Shown here piece by piece: positions 33,731-54,640 of a DNA stretch of 64,000 nucleotides (positions are counted from its first letter, which is position 1; every line of letters starts with the position of its first letter). The notes beneath the pieces are model-generated. The model was not told where the DNA came from, searched no databases, and saw only the letters and a list, made by a program, of their open reading frames with translations. Source of the stretch: the human T2T-CHM13v2.0 reference genome, Homo sapiens. A program made the translations under genes and the position numbers. The stretch lies in the NCBI RefSeq assembly GCF_009914755.1, contig NC_060930.1; one strand, given 5' to 3'.

Positions 33731-34787
33731 AAACCCTTATAACCCACTTGATTCGTATTTGTTCTTAATCTGTTTCAGACATTTTAATTCTGTTTTACCT
33801 ATTTGGAATTTCTAGGCCAATAAGCATCTATCTTAATTCTTAAAATTGTATAGCATATTTCAACATTTGCATTGAAAGTATTTTGTTCAAAGTTGAAGCA
33901 AATGATAGCCAAAAGTCATTAACAAAATTATGCTACACTATTAAGAGCTTCTGAAGCCCAAACATCAGCAAATTAAAGCCTTCTTTTTTTATATGCTTCA
34001 CTTAAGGCTAAATTTTTCCACCAAAGCCATCAGTTACATTTCAGCACAATGATTCCAAAAATAGTTCACTTGCATGTTGAATACATTATAGAGCTGTAAA
34101 ATCCAATATCACAATCTTATAAATTTCAAACATAACATGGTATTACATAAAATTATTTTACCTCAGGTCAAGTATTATTTCTAGAGTCCATCTAGGCTCA
34201 AGAACACATTTATGTTGCATGTATAGACAGTATAAACAGAAGGTGGAACACTGAGAGAATTGTCTCAGTGGATTTCATCTGAGGCATATTAAACACTAAA
34301 CAAAATGCATGCTGAATGATCATCTCATCATTTACTCTGAGATTTAGTTAGTCTTTGGCAGAAATTATAAAAGCTAAATAAAAGCAACTTATAGCTCAAT
34401 ACCTAACTGAAAATCCTGCGTCAAACATTATTCAGGTACGGATGGATGAAGCTGAGCTGTAACAATCAACTGTGAAGGTGTTTTTGGTTGACAACAGCAG
34501 GATGTTTATAAGCTTCATGATTAAAACATCTGATATTCTATTTCCTGAATATTCTTGAATTGCAAAGTAAAGAAAACAATTGGTTATTGTAACTGCTAAA
34601 TGGGAATTATCATGTTTAGATGCACCACCAGAGAGGGTCAGAAATAAACTCCATAATTCTCCCACTTGCTTATTATAGTGTTTGTTTGTTCTTGTTGTTC
34701 AACAGATGTTAACCATGTTAGCAAAGGTTATTGTTTAATCTTAGTGTTTTTGACTCTTTCTGTTACTGTTCATGCAGTAAAAATCAA

Positions 34788-34965
34788 TATGGAGTTCAAA
34801 TTTCACTTTTGGCACTTGCTTTAGCAAGAGATTTATTTTCTCTGAGTCTCAAGTATAAGAAAAATACAAATATATATGGTTACTCTTAAGATTAAATGAA
34901 ATAACGTATGGTAAGTGCTTAGAATACAGGTTGGTATATATATGCTGCGTGCTCCAAATGATGAC
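34788..34965 (+). mobile_element. MIR
   Basis: ggagttcaaat...tctctgagtctca...aagattaaatgaaataacgtatggtaagtgcttagaa. Confidence 0.7.
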
Positions 34966-35929
34966 ATCTGGTTGAATTCTCATTTTGTGGATATTATTTT
35001 GTTTTTAGGTAAGAGAAAGCGAAATTTATTTATTTATTTTCAAAGCAAAACAGTATTGACCCATTCCAAACCCATTTTCTGCTGCCAAATAGAGCTCAGG
35101 TAACTCAGAATTTCTAAATAGGTCTCCATAACTCTTCAGTAGAAGGCTTTCTTTCTTTCTTTCTTTTTTTTTTTTTTTACTTTTACTCTGCTGGCCTGAA
35201 ATAATTTAAAGAAAACCAAAATGAGAAAAAATACTGTGACAAATATTCTTTATTAAGTTCAAATGATATTTTTAAAGGTCTGATTCATTATCAATTATCA
35301 CTTCATTAAAAATAACAAAATCCATTATGATGGAGTAGAACCAGGACCAGTGTTTTCTGGAGAATAGGCATAGCCCCCAATTTCCAGTCTAATCTGTATT
35401 TTTTAAAAGTTATAACTTTAACGGAATCAAAGGATAGAATAAGGGGCAGAGATAAAAAATATTTGACCTATCTTGTTGACAACAAAAGACACATCATAAG
35501 GTTTGAGGGTCAGATGCCTTAGAAATTATCTGACACTAGAATGAACATGGACCCTCAACCTGCGAGGCAGTTTAGTCTTGCTACCTCCAGTTTTTTCCTA
35601 TCAACTACTATTGGAAGCACTCAAGTATGGAGAAGGATTACTGGACTGTTGGTACAGCTCTGCTCTTTAATTAAGGTCTGGCTTCCATGTGCTTTTTTGA
35701 GAGCTGATGACTAGGCTAAGCAGTTGCTGTCCATGGTTCATTAGAGCTCGAAATGCTCTAATTATTGACTTAGCTCAGGCACAGACTACGAAAGGAAATA
35801 TGTAGACTTGGGCTGATGACTTATTGATTGCTTTTAGGGAATTTAAATTTTTGTTTTCATTTAGACAATTAAATGAGCTCCAGAGGTTGAATCAAGAATA
35901 TATAATTTTGAACCAAGACCAAATACCTG

Positions 35930-37005
35930 TCTAGTTGACAGAGATACAATTGAGTGTAAAAACAGGCATCGTCCCAACCTTGTGGAGCTTCCACTTCTGT
36001 TGTCAAGAAACATGAAAATAAAATAAGTGAAAAAGAAAACTAAAGCTCTGGTAAGCCCCTCAAAATAGCAGCATATCATATCATGAAACTTTGTAATGAA
36101 AGAGTTCCCTTGTCATGGAATACAGAGAAGATTTCCTTGAGGAGGGGATATTTGAGCTGGAATTTGAAGGATAAACACAAGTTTATTGGGTGAGGTGGAA
36201 AATATAGAGAAAGGTGTTACATGCAGAGAGGGAATATTGTGTAAAGGCCTTTGATACAGAAAGGAGCCTAACACTTTAAAATGTACTAAAAGGAATCCCA
36301 CTGTGCTTGGAGTTGGGGTGGGTTATGAGAGTGGGTTATGGCTATGATGTGAAGAGAGAGGATTGGGGTCAAACTGTTGCTCATCAGTCATTCATCCATT
36401 TTCTCATTCATTCAATGAATATATATGTGCGTGTGTGTGTGTGTGTGTAAATTTATAAATTTTCCTTTTTTAAATGATTTTTTTAAATTGACAGATAAAG
36501 TTATATGCATTTGTTCTGTACAACATGATGCTTTGAAGTATATGCAAATTGTGGAATGGTTAAATCTAGCTAATTAACAACTGCATTACTAGACATAGCT
36601 ATCATTTTTGTGGTAAGAATACTTAACATCCACTTTCTGCATTCTTCAAGATCAAGGAATATATATTGAGCACTAATTGGTGTTAGTTACTTTGGAATGT
36701 TGGGATTGGACCAGTGAATATAACTTAAGGGTTTTTTTTGAGCAAAGCAATGTCAGGTAGTGTTAAGTAGTATGCAGAGAGTTCAAATGGACTGAAATGT
36801 TGGATACAGCAGGTTTTCCAGCTGAAATTGACTTGTAAGGAAAAAAAGTTTTTCTGAAGTGATACGTAAATGGGGAAAAAAAAGAGCAAAGGGGGAAGAG
36901 CATTACATGTAGAGAAACAGCTTGTGCATAAACTTAGGAAAGTAACAAGCTTACATTGCAAAGAACAGAAAAAAAGGCCAGTGTGGCTGAATCTTAATGG
37001 GAAAC
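35930..37005 (-). mobile_element. Two L2 3' fragments (about 35930-36380 and 36388-37005)
   Basis: ggagcttccacttct; gaggaggggatatttgagctggaatttgaaggataa; cattcattcaatgaatat...tattgagcac; aggccagtgtggctg. Confidence 0.7.
36461..36651 (-). mobile_element. L1MA8-like 3' end fragment nested in an L2 tail
   Basis: gtacaacatgatgctttgaagtatatg...tgtggtaagaatacttaacatc; 15-bp TSD tcaa(t/g)gaatatatat at 36412 and 36652, with a (TG)n tract inside. Confidence 0.8.
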
Positions 37006-37109
37006 AAAGTGTGCCTTTTATTTTTCATTCCAATTATTTGTTAACTGTTACAGCCTGTTTCAGGACCTTAAAGACTTCAATATCCTTAAGACTTGCAAAT
37101 TTGCTTTAC

Positions 37110-37150
37110 CACTACTACTACAACTGTTACTACTACTACTGCTACTACTA
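37110..37150. repeat. (CTA)n trinucleotide repeat, imperfect
   Basis: Directly visible. Confidence 0.85.
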
Positions 37151-37241
37151 GTATTATAATTATTATCCTTGTTTTAAAACCCTGGGATATGGCTTTATTA
37201 TAGCCAGCATTTTAAAAATAAAAGTTCATGTAGAAACAGAT

Positions 37242-39769
<2,528 letters not shown>

Positions 39770-40270
39770 CATTTCAAACTTTAATTGTCCAAAACAGAAT
39801 TTTGATCATTAGTCTCTTCAAACGTTTATCTCCCATTGTTTGCACCTTAGTGAAGTGCACATGCCATAGTCAAAGACAAATATTTGGGATCATCCTTGGT
39901 TCCTCCTGATGTATTAGCATGGCTTGTTAAATATCAACTTGAGATCAGTTCTACTTGTGTTCATCTAAACTATAATCTAAATGCTCATCATTTTCTACCT
40001 GAACTGATTTAACATCCTTATAATTAATCTTTTTTGTGTGGGGAGGGGGACTGCCCTATAGGACTATTTTATGTCCAAAAGATAGTCTCATGTTTTTTAA
40101 AAGTAAAATTTGGTGATCTACTACTCTATTCTCTGTCCCACCTTTACTCCTAACATCGGCACACACTCTTCAGTGGCTTAACATTACTCTGAAAATATAA
40201 CTAAGTTCCTGGCCCCACTCTATAAATCTCCCTGTGATCTAGCTCTTCCCTGCCTCTCCAGTCCTGAATC
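39770..40270 (+). mobile_element. L2 fragment
   Basis: catttcaaactttaattgtccaaaacagaa; catccttggttcctcc; ccctgtgatctagctcttccctgcctctccag. Confidence 0.7.
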
Positions 40271-40379
40271 TACAAGGAAAAAAAATCTTAAAAATACTGT
40301 TATAGATTCACCCCTAGAAACACCAGACATTCAGATAACTCAATTCTTCCACATACCCACTAATCTAATCAAGCTCTGA

Positions 40380-41700
40380 ATATATTCTAGTCTATATACT
40401 TCTCACACCTCTTCTCAATTCCAGAAAATCTTCTACAATGTCATGTGTAATTTAAAGACCATGAGCAGCAAAATATCCTATTTTTTTCAACCTCTTCTCT
40501 CAAAGCTTTCCTTAATTCATTGTACTATAAAATAAAACAAGCTAGCCAATGAATCTGCTTACCTAAACATGTTTCTGCAGAAATTTTTATTTTAAAAAGC
40601 TGGTAATAGTAAAGCCATTTATGAGCCTTAAGTATATTGAAGTTGTTAAGATCCCTGAAAATGGCTATAACAAATTAAAAACATAATTATAATAAAAATT
40701 AAAAGCCTGGCTTCTCCCTGAGGACAGTGTTTTCCCTGCTGCCCTCTAGGGTAGTATAAGGTATTGTGGTGATTGTTAGGCTGGGAGGTGTAGTAGAAAT
40801 GCTTTTGTTCCTCTTTGCCATTTTTATAAAATTCTACAATTTGTCTCCTAAAGATATAGCTTTGAATCTCATTTCCATGGATTATATCACCTACTACTCT
40901 TCATTTGCTTTTGTCATCTTCAGATCCCAGGTATTCTATCGCATGTTTTCCAAGGCATCTGTTCCCAGCTCCATATCACTCTTTCCACACTACTTCAGTC
41001 TTAATTCTGGTGATTTCAGTATACGTGTACATAATCATACATAACTCTCAGGCCCTTCGTTTCCTTAATTTACCTTCCAATGATCTTCCCCTGCATTCTG
41101 CCTTACCTACACACTCACATGATATTGCCCCGGGACTTATTATTAACAATAAATGTGACCCTGAATGATTACATTGCCTGCATTTCACTTTTTGGTCATC
41201 ATTACTGTCTATCCTTTCAACTCACTTTCTCTATTACTCCACTCCTCCAAACTAGGAATTCTACTAATTTTTTTCCTGTCACTGAGATATTTGATATCTT
41301 CCCCCTGCTCCTAAACAAGTCTAAATATTATGGTCAATTATTATAATCTTTTTTGAACACATATACTCTCTGGCTTGTCTCTAGCTTTGTTGTAGTCACC
41401 TAATAAAATCAAAACCTGTTTAATCCAACTTTATAACTACTCTGCACTTGAAACTTGTACAACATAAAATGAACGAAGAAAAATGCCCAACTAATTGATT
41501 ACTTCATTATAAATTAATAATTATAGACCTAAATTGGGCCTTAGTGTTTCCTGCCAGTTGCGTCACAATTCCCTACATGCATTTACTTTTATGCCATTTA
41601 AGATGACAGTTTCACAGCTTCTTAGCTCTCCTCAAACCTTCAACATCACCCATTTCATTTTCATTCCCAGATAAATTCTACTTCATGAAAAATTATTAAA
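40380..41700 (+). mobile_element. L2 ORF2-region fragment
   Basis: cctggcttctccctgaggacag; ttctggtgatttcagtatac; ccaatgatctt; tcctttcaactcact. Confidence 0.7.
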
Positions 41701-41703
41701 GTA

Positions 41704-44700
41704 CAAGTATACCGCAGAGACATTGCAGGTTCAGTTCTAGGCCATATTCTAATAACGAAAATCACATGACATTTTTGGTTTCCCAGTGCATATAAAAGTT
41801 ATGCTTACAGTATATTGCAGTCTATTAAGTATGTAAAGCATTATGTATTAAAATGATATATATATCTTAATGTATAATAATTTATAGCTAAAAATGTTAA
41901 TGATCATCTGAACCTTGAGCAAGTTGTAAGGTTTTTGCTGGTGGAAGGTCTTGCCTGGATGTTGATAGCTCCTGACTGATCAACGTGGTGGTTGTTGAAG
42001 GTTGGTGTGGCTGGGAAAATTTCTTAAAATAAAACAACAGTGAGGTTTGCTGCATCTATTTATTGACTCTTCTTTTCACAAAATACTTTTCTGTAGTGTG
42101 TTATGTTATTTGACAGCATTTTACCCACAGTAGAACTTCTTTCAAAATTGGAGTCTAACCTCTCAACCCTGCCACTGCTTTATCAACTAAGATTATGTAA
42201 TATTCTAAATCCTTTGTTGTTGTTTCAACAATGATCACACCATCTTCACCAGTGATAGATTCCATTTCAAGAAACTATTTTCTTTGTTCATCCATAAGAA
42301 ACAATTTCTTACTCATTCAACTTTTATCATGAAGTTGCAGCAATTCAGTCCCAGGCTCCACTTCTACTTCTAGTTCTGTTGCTATTTCCAACATATCTAC
42401 CATTACTTTATTTATTTTAATTGTTAGTTTTTATGGGTACATAGTAGGTGTACATGTTTACAGGATACATGAAATATTTTCATACCGGCATTCAATATGT
42501 AATAATCACATCAGGATAAATGAGGTATCCATCACTTCAAGCATATGTCCTTTCTTTCTGTTACAAACAATCCAATTATATCCTTTTAGTTATTTTAAAA
42601 TATACAATACAATATTCTTGACTATAGTCACCCTATTATGCTATCAAATGCTAGATCTAATTCATTCTATCTAACTATATTTTTGTACCCATTAACCATC
42701 CCCACTTCCCACACCCAACTATCCTTCCCAGCCTCTGGTAACCTAATTCTAAATCCTTTGTTTTCATTTCAACAATGTTCATACCATCTTCACCAGGGGT
42801 AGGTTCCATCTCAGTAAACCATTTTCTTTGTTCCTCCATTAGAAACAATTGTGTAGATATACTACATTTTCTTTATACATTTATCTGCTGAAGACAACTT
42901 AGGTTGATTCCAAATCTTGGCTATTGTGAATAGTGTTCAAATAAACCTGGGAGTGCAGATGTATCTTCAATATACTGATTTCTTTTCTTTGGGTACATAC
43001 CAAGCAGTGAAATTGCTAGATCATACGGTACTTTCATTTTTATAATTTTGAGAAACCTCCATATTGTTCTCCATGGTAGCTGTATTAATATACATTCCCA
43101 CCAACAGTGTACAAGTGTTCCCTTTTCTCTACAACCTTGCAAGCATTTGTTATTATCTGTCTTTTGGATGAAAGCCATTTTAACTGGGGTGATATGATAT
43201 TTCATTATAGCTTTGATTTGCATTTTCTGATAAACAATGGTGTTGAGCACTTTTTCATATACCTGGTTGCCATTTATATGTCTTCTTTTGAGAAATGTCT
43301 ATTCAGACCTGTTGCCCATTTTTAAATCAGATTATTAGATTTTTTTCCAATAGAGTTGATTGGGGTTCTTATACATTCTGGTTATTAATCCTTTGTCAGA
43401 TATATAGTTTGCAAATATTTTTGCCAAGTCTGTGTGTTGTCTCTTCACTTTGTTGGTTGTTTTCTTTCCTGTGCAGAAGCTTTTTAACTTGATATAATTC
43501 CATTTGTCCATGTGTTTGCTTTGGCTGCCTGTGCTTTTGGGGTATCACTCCAGAAATCTTTGCCCAGACCAATGTCCTGGAATTTTTTCCTAATGTTTTC
43601 TCTTAGCAGTTTCGTAGTTTGAGGTCTTAGACTTAAGTCTTTAATCTGCTCTGATTTTATTTTTGTGTATGGTTAGAGATAGGGGTCTAGTTTTATTCTT
43701 CTGCATACAGACATCCAGTTTTCCCAGCACCATTTATTGAAGAGACTGTTCTTTCCCCAATGTATGCTCTTGGCACCCTTATATAAAATGAGTTCACTGT
43801 CAATTTGTAGACTGATTTCTGGGTTCTCTTTTCTGTTCCATTGGTTTATGCATTTATTTCTATGACAGTACCATGCTGTTTTGGTTACTATATAGGTATA
43901 GCTCTGTAGTATGATTTGAAGTCAGGTAATGCGATTCCTTCCCATTTGTTGTTGTTCTTGTTTTTCTCAGGATGGCTTTGGCTATTTTGGGTGTTTTGTG
44001 TGTCCATATAAGTTTTAGGATTATTTTCTATCTTTCCATAAAGAATGTCCATGGTAGTTTTATACAGATTGCATTGAATCTGTAGGCTGCTTTGGGTAGT
44101 ATGGGCATTTTAATAATATTGGTTCTTCCAATCCACAAACATGGAATATATTTCCATTTTTGTGTGTGTCCTCTTTAATTACTTTTATCAATGTTTTATA
44201 GCTTTCATTATAGAGATCTTTTACTTCTTTGGTTAAGTTTATTCATATATATTTTATTTTATTTATAGCTATTATAAATGGGGTTACATTCATAATTTAT
44301 TTTTCAGATTGTTCACTGTTAGCTTACAGAAATGCTGCTAATTTTTGTATGTTGATTTTCTATCCTACAACTTTACTGAATTTGTTTATCAGATCTAACA
44401 GATGTTTTTGGATGCAGTCTTCAGGTTTTTTTCAAATAAAATATTATATCATCTGAAAAGAAGGATACTTTGTTTTCTTTCTTTCCAGTTGGGATGCCCT
44501 TTATATGTTTATCTTGTTGCTCTAGCTAGGACTTCCAGTACTATGTTGTTGTGGTGAAAGTGGGCATCCTTGTCTTGTTGCGGATCTTAGAAGAAAGGCT
44601 TGCGGTTTTTCCTCATTCAGTATAATAATAGTCATGTATCTAACATATATGGTTTTTCTTGTGTTGAGGTGTATTCATTCTAGACCTGGTAACTTGATGG

Positions 44701-46789
44701 TTTTTATCATGAAGGGATGTTGAATTTTATTAAATGATTTCTCAGCATCAATTGAAATAATCATATGATTTTTGTCCATTCTGTTGATATGATGTGTCAC
44801 ATTGATTTTCATACGTTTAATCTTCCTTTCATCCCTTGGATAACTCCCACTTGGTTAAGAAGAATGATCTTTTTAATGTGTTGTTGAATGCCGTTTGCTG
44901 GTATTTTGTTAAGGATTTTTGCATCAATGTTCATCAGGGATATTGGCCTGTAGTTTCCTTTTTTCATGTGTCCTTGTCTGATTCTGGTATCAGGGTAACA
45001 CTGACCTCATAGAATGAGTTTGAGAGTATTCTCTCCTCCTCTATTTTTCAGAATAATTTTAGTAGAATTGGTATTAGCTGTTCTTTAAATGTTGGTAAAA
45101 TTCAGCAGTGAAGCCATTGGGTCCCAGGCTTTTATTTGCTGGGGGACTTTTTACCACAGCTTCGACCTTGTTAAATACTTATTATTGGACTGTTCAGGTT
45201 TTGGATTTCTTCTTGGTAAGTTGTATGTTTCTAGGAATTTAACCATTTCTTCTAGATTTTCCAATGTTTTGGCGTATTGTTGCGAATAGTAAACTCTAAT
45301 AATCCTTTGAATTTTTGCAGCATCAGCATCTTCCTTTTTCATCTGTTTTATTTTTTTATTTGGGTCTTCTCTCTTTTTGTCTTAGTCTGGCCAAAAGTTT
45401 GTCAATTTTGTTTATCTTTTAGAAAGTCAACTTTTCATTTTGTTGATTTTTATATTTTCTTTGTTTCAGTTACATTTATTTTTTCTAAGATCTTTATTAT
45501 TTCTTTTCTCATACTAATTTTCTTCTACTAATTGCTAGGTTATTTAAAGTTTTTCTACTTTTTGATATAGGCACTTATATCTATAAACTTTCCTCTCATT
45601 GCTGCTTTTGCTGTATCCCATAGGTTTTGATATGCTGTGTTTTTATTATCAATAAATTCTTCTATTTCCTTTTCAATTTCTTCATTGAGACAGTGGTCAT
45701 TAAGGAGCATATTGTTTAATTTCTATGTGTTTGTATAGTTGCCAAAATTCTGCTTGTTATTGATTTGTAATTTTATTCCATTGTGGTCAGAGAATATACT
45801 TAATAAGATTTCAAATTTTTGAATTTTTAATACTCATTTTACTGCCTAACATATGGTCTATCCTTGAGAATGATCCATGTGCTGAGGACAAAAATGTTTA
45901 TTTTGCAACCATTGGATGACATGTTCTGTAAATATCACTTTAGATACATTTGGTCAATAGTACAGATTAAATTTGATGTTTCTTTGTTAATTTTCTGCAG
46001 AGAAGATTTGCCCAATGCCGAAAGTGGGGTGCTGAAGTCCTCGAGCTATTATTGCATTAGAGTCTATCCCTCTTTAGCTCTAACAATATTTGCTTTATAT
46101 ATCTGCATACTCCAGTGTTGGGTGCATATATATTTGTAATTGCTATATCACCTTGCTGAATTGACCCCTTTATCATTATATAGTGACTTTCTTTGTCTCT
46201 TCTTATAGCTTTTGTCTTGAAATCTATTTTGTCTGATATAATTAGTCTTGTTTTTTATGTTGTTGTTGTTTCCACTTGCCTGAAATATCTTTTTCTATTC
46301 CTTTATTTTCAGTTTATGTATGTCTTTGTAGGTAAAGTGTATTTCCTGTAGGCAATTACTCTCTGACTAGGGCTTATCTAAATCTTCCCTCTCTGGGTGC
46401 CAGCTGAGCTCTGCCCAGTGTTACTTTCTGCTGTGACAGGGCAGCATCGACTTCCAATGCAAGGTCCCACTATTGCTGCGCTTTCCCTCCCCCAAGAACA
46501 CAGATTTTGTGGGCTATGCAACTGCTGCTAGAGATTGGGGAAGGGGTGGTATCTTCAATTCAAGACATTCCTACCTCTTTCAGTTAAAACTAGGTGTTGT
46601 GATCATGCACCTAATTTTTGGTTCTTATAAAGGTGGCTTTTTGTGAGGATAGTTGTAAAAATTGGTGTTCTTCCTGGAAGGACAATCAGTGGAGGCTTCT
46701 ATTCAGCCAGCTTTCTATTTTTTGCAGTTTCTTTCTCTACTGGTGCTTTAAACCCCTTAAAATTATCCAAGAGGGTTGGAATCAACTTC

Positions 46790-46791
<2 letters not shown>
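41704..46791 (-). mobile_element. Tigger1 DNA transposon fragment (41704-42408, resuming about 46722-46791 after the L1MA)
   Basis: TA followed by TIR-like caagtataccgcagagacattgcaggttcagttc; colinear continuation ...aagagggttggaatcaacttct after the L1MA. Confidence 0.88.
42407..46715 (-). mobile_element. L1MA2/3-type LINE retaining both termini, with a large internal deletion near 46355
   Basis: 3' UTR ttatgggtacatagtaggtgta...; antisense ORF2 to about 46355; then 5' UTR-type sequence ending ggaggcttctattcagcca. Confidence 0.88.
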
Positions 46792-49456
<2,665 letters not shown>

Positions 49457-49479
49457 TATGCACACATTCTTGTCCCCAA

Positions 49480-49947
49480 CACTCCACCTAAACCTTGCAA
49501 ACACATACACTCTAATTTCAACAAAACAGAAAAAGAGGTACTTTATACCAGTCAGTTCATGTCAGTCCTCTGTTCAAATTCCTCTAATGACATCTAATTT
49601 CAATTCTTGTAAAAGACAATACCTTTACAATGGCCTACAAGGCCATACATGATCTGTATTTTTATAAAAATCCAAATAATCTGGCCATGAAGTCTTTGTA
49701 CTATTTTTTCCTTACTAACTTCACACCAGCTACATGAGTTTCTCTAACACACATGCTTCTTCATCCTAAGTGCCATTCTCCTGACTGATCCCTTTGCCTA
49801 GAATTCTCCTCTTTCCAGTTTACATTTGGATAACTCCCCTATCTTCCCCAAGTGCTCTAATGTCACCTTACCAATTAACCCTACCATGACCATCCTACGT
49901 AAAATCGCAAACTCTTCACACATACCTACCCCTTACTGTCTTCTTGC
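49480..49947 (+). mobile_element. L2 3' region fragment
   Basis: ttacaatggcctacaaggccatacatgatctg; ctttgcctagaattctc; ctctaatgtcacctt. Confidence 0.7.
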
Positions 49948-52385
49948 TTTTTTCCTAAATAAACATTTTAATTTAGAATAGTTATTGATTTTCAGAAAAA
50001 TTGGGAGTATAGTACAGAGATTTCCTGGACTCTGCATACCGACTTTCCCCTATTATTAACATGTTACATTAGTATGGTACGTTTGGTAAAATTAATGAAA
50101 AAATATTCATACATTATTGTGAAGGAAGTCTAAAGTCTATAGCTCAGATTTCCTTAGTTTTAACTAATGTCTTTTTTTCTGTTCAGGACCAATTCTTTAT
50201 TCCACATTACATTGATTTGTCATGTCCCTTTAAGTTCCTCTAGGCTGTGACAGTTGCTCAGACTTTGTTTTTGATGACTTTGACAGCTTTACATGACCAG
50301 AATAAATGTGGCCATATATTTGGTATAATGTCTCTCAGTTGGGATATGTCTGATTTTTATTCATGATTAGGCTAGGCTTATGTGTTTTTAGGGAAAGACC
50401 ACAGAAGTAAAGTGCCATTGTAATTACATCATGTCAAAGGTACATATTATCAACATGACATTGCTGTTGATGTTAACCTTGTTGACCTGGCTGAGGCAAT
50501 GTTTGTCAGATTTCCCTACTTCAAAATTTCCTCCTTTTCACTTTGTACTCTTCCAGAGGAAATCACTGTCTGCAACGCACAGTTAAGGTGTGAGGATTTA
50601 TGTTCTACCTTCTTTACTGTGGAGTATCTACATAAAACATTTGGAATTCTTCTCCACAGGAGATCTATTCTCCCTCCTCAATTTATATCTTTATATATGA
50701 AATGTTTTCATCAGTATATAGTGTGGTGTATGAACACTTATGTTATGCTTTGGTTTATATTCCAATTCTACTGAATTTATTTTGTTGTCAAGTTGATACA
50801 ACTTTGGGCATTGGGAACTCTCAGTTGGCTTTCATGTCCCTTTGATATATCTTCATAACAGTGTGTGTGTGTGTCTGTGTAGTTGTTTGTGAGTTTTTTT
50901 TTTATTGTTTTCTTACTTTTTAGCACTAAAACTACACATGGCTCATCTTGTGTATTTTCCAGCCTACTCTTAGAATCATTCATCTCTCCAAGGAGCCCTG
51001 GTTTCTATTAATGCATAATGGTTTTAGAAACCAAGATCTAGGTGATAGATGCACTCATTGTTACTGGGATATTGCTGTTTCTAAGCTCTCTCAGCTTACA
51101 AAATGAGAAAATATATTTATGTATGCTAACCCATGTATCTACATGTAACTATATATATTTCTATATGTAGCCATATGTATTTATACTAAGCTAATCCTGA
51201 GTTCATACTGATGTCTCCAATTCTAATCCATGACCATAAACCCAGATAATTCTGGGTTTCTTCTCTTGCTTGTTTGTAAACTCCTGCTCCAACAGTGAGA
51301 AACATAGTTTGCACCATTTGCCAAACTTTTACTTAATTTTTCAATTTCAGTACACATTCACAGCAGCATTACAGATATTAACCCATACACCCAAGGGAAA
51401 CAACTTTATCAGTTGGAATACAGTACTGGGTTCAGTTTCTTTTGCAAATATTCTTACATATGCCACTCATTTCCAGTTACTTGGGACAGTACCATTTTCC
51501 CTATCCACTCAGTGATATGGTTTTATATGATTGTGATACAGTTAGATTACTTTTTATCACATTTTGCATTCTATCCTGAGATCCCTTGATCTCCTAATGG
51601 ATTTGTTGAATTTGTATACATCATAGTTCAGTCTTACTTCTGTGAAGTTGTATAGATTTTCATAAGTGAATAGGGGCATTTATCCACAATTACAGCATCA
51701 TACAGCACCATCATAGAATATTCTTGTGTTTCATCTGTTTAATGGTCCCTTTCATCCAAAGACTTTGAAAAACACTGATCTTTTTACTATCTCTATAATT
51801 TCGCCTTCCCTAGATTTCACATAATTAGGATTATATAATTTGCAGTCTTTTCAGACTGGCTGCTTCTACTTAGCAACATGCACTTAAGATTCATTTATGT
51901 CTTTGTGGGCTTGATAGTCATGTTTTTCTATAACTGGATAATATTCCATTGTGTGACTATACCAGAATTTGTTTATTCATTCACCTTGCTTGCTTTCAGT
52001 TTTTGGCAATAATAAATAACAGTGTTATAAATATTTGGGTACATGTGTTCGTATGGACACAAGTTTTCAAGTCAATTCGTTCAATATCTAGAAGCATGTT
52101 TGCTGCATCATGTGGTTAGATTACATTTAGCTTTGTAAAAAGCTGTTAAACTGTCTTTCAAAGTGATCATACCATTTTTAATTACTAGTATCAATGAATG
52201 GTTTTCCTTTTGTTACATGACCTCACAAGTAATTGGTATTATTAGATTTTCTTATTTTATTTTATCCATCCTAAGTGTTGTATAGTGATCCCTTATTTTA
52301 ATTTGCAATTCCCTAATGACAAATGATATTTTATAGCTTTTCATATGCTTCTTTATCATTAGTTTTATTTTCATATAACATTTAT
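49948..52385 (-). mobile_element. L1MD-type 3' UTR / ORF2 end
   Basis: tttcccctattattaacatgttacattagtatggtac; aagaccacagaagtaaagtgccatt; ttagaaaccaagatct. Confidence 0.85.
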
Positions 52386-52499
52386 GACTTTTAATGTACC
52401 ACCAAATATATACATTTATTTTTCTCTCATCTGTCTTATGTAGTATAATGGAAATCCCAGGATAATCTTGACTCCTTTTTTTCACTGAAATATCTTAAG

Positions 52500-54640
<2,141 letters not shown>

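Noticed and set aside
40735-40753. CTCF-like ctgctgccctctaggg
   Set aside because: Lies in L2-derived sequence that natively resembles the motif; no other support.
46345-46365. L1MA internal junction as a spliced integrated element
   Set aside because: From remembered consensus the ORF2 side is not preceded by an AG acceptor, so a plain deletion is more likely.
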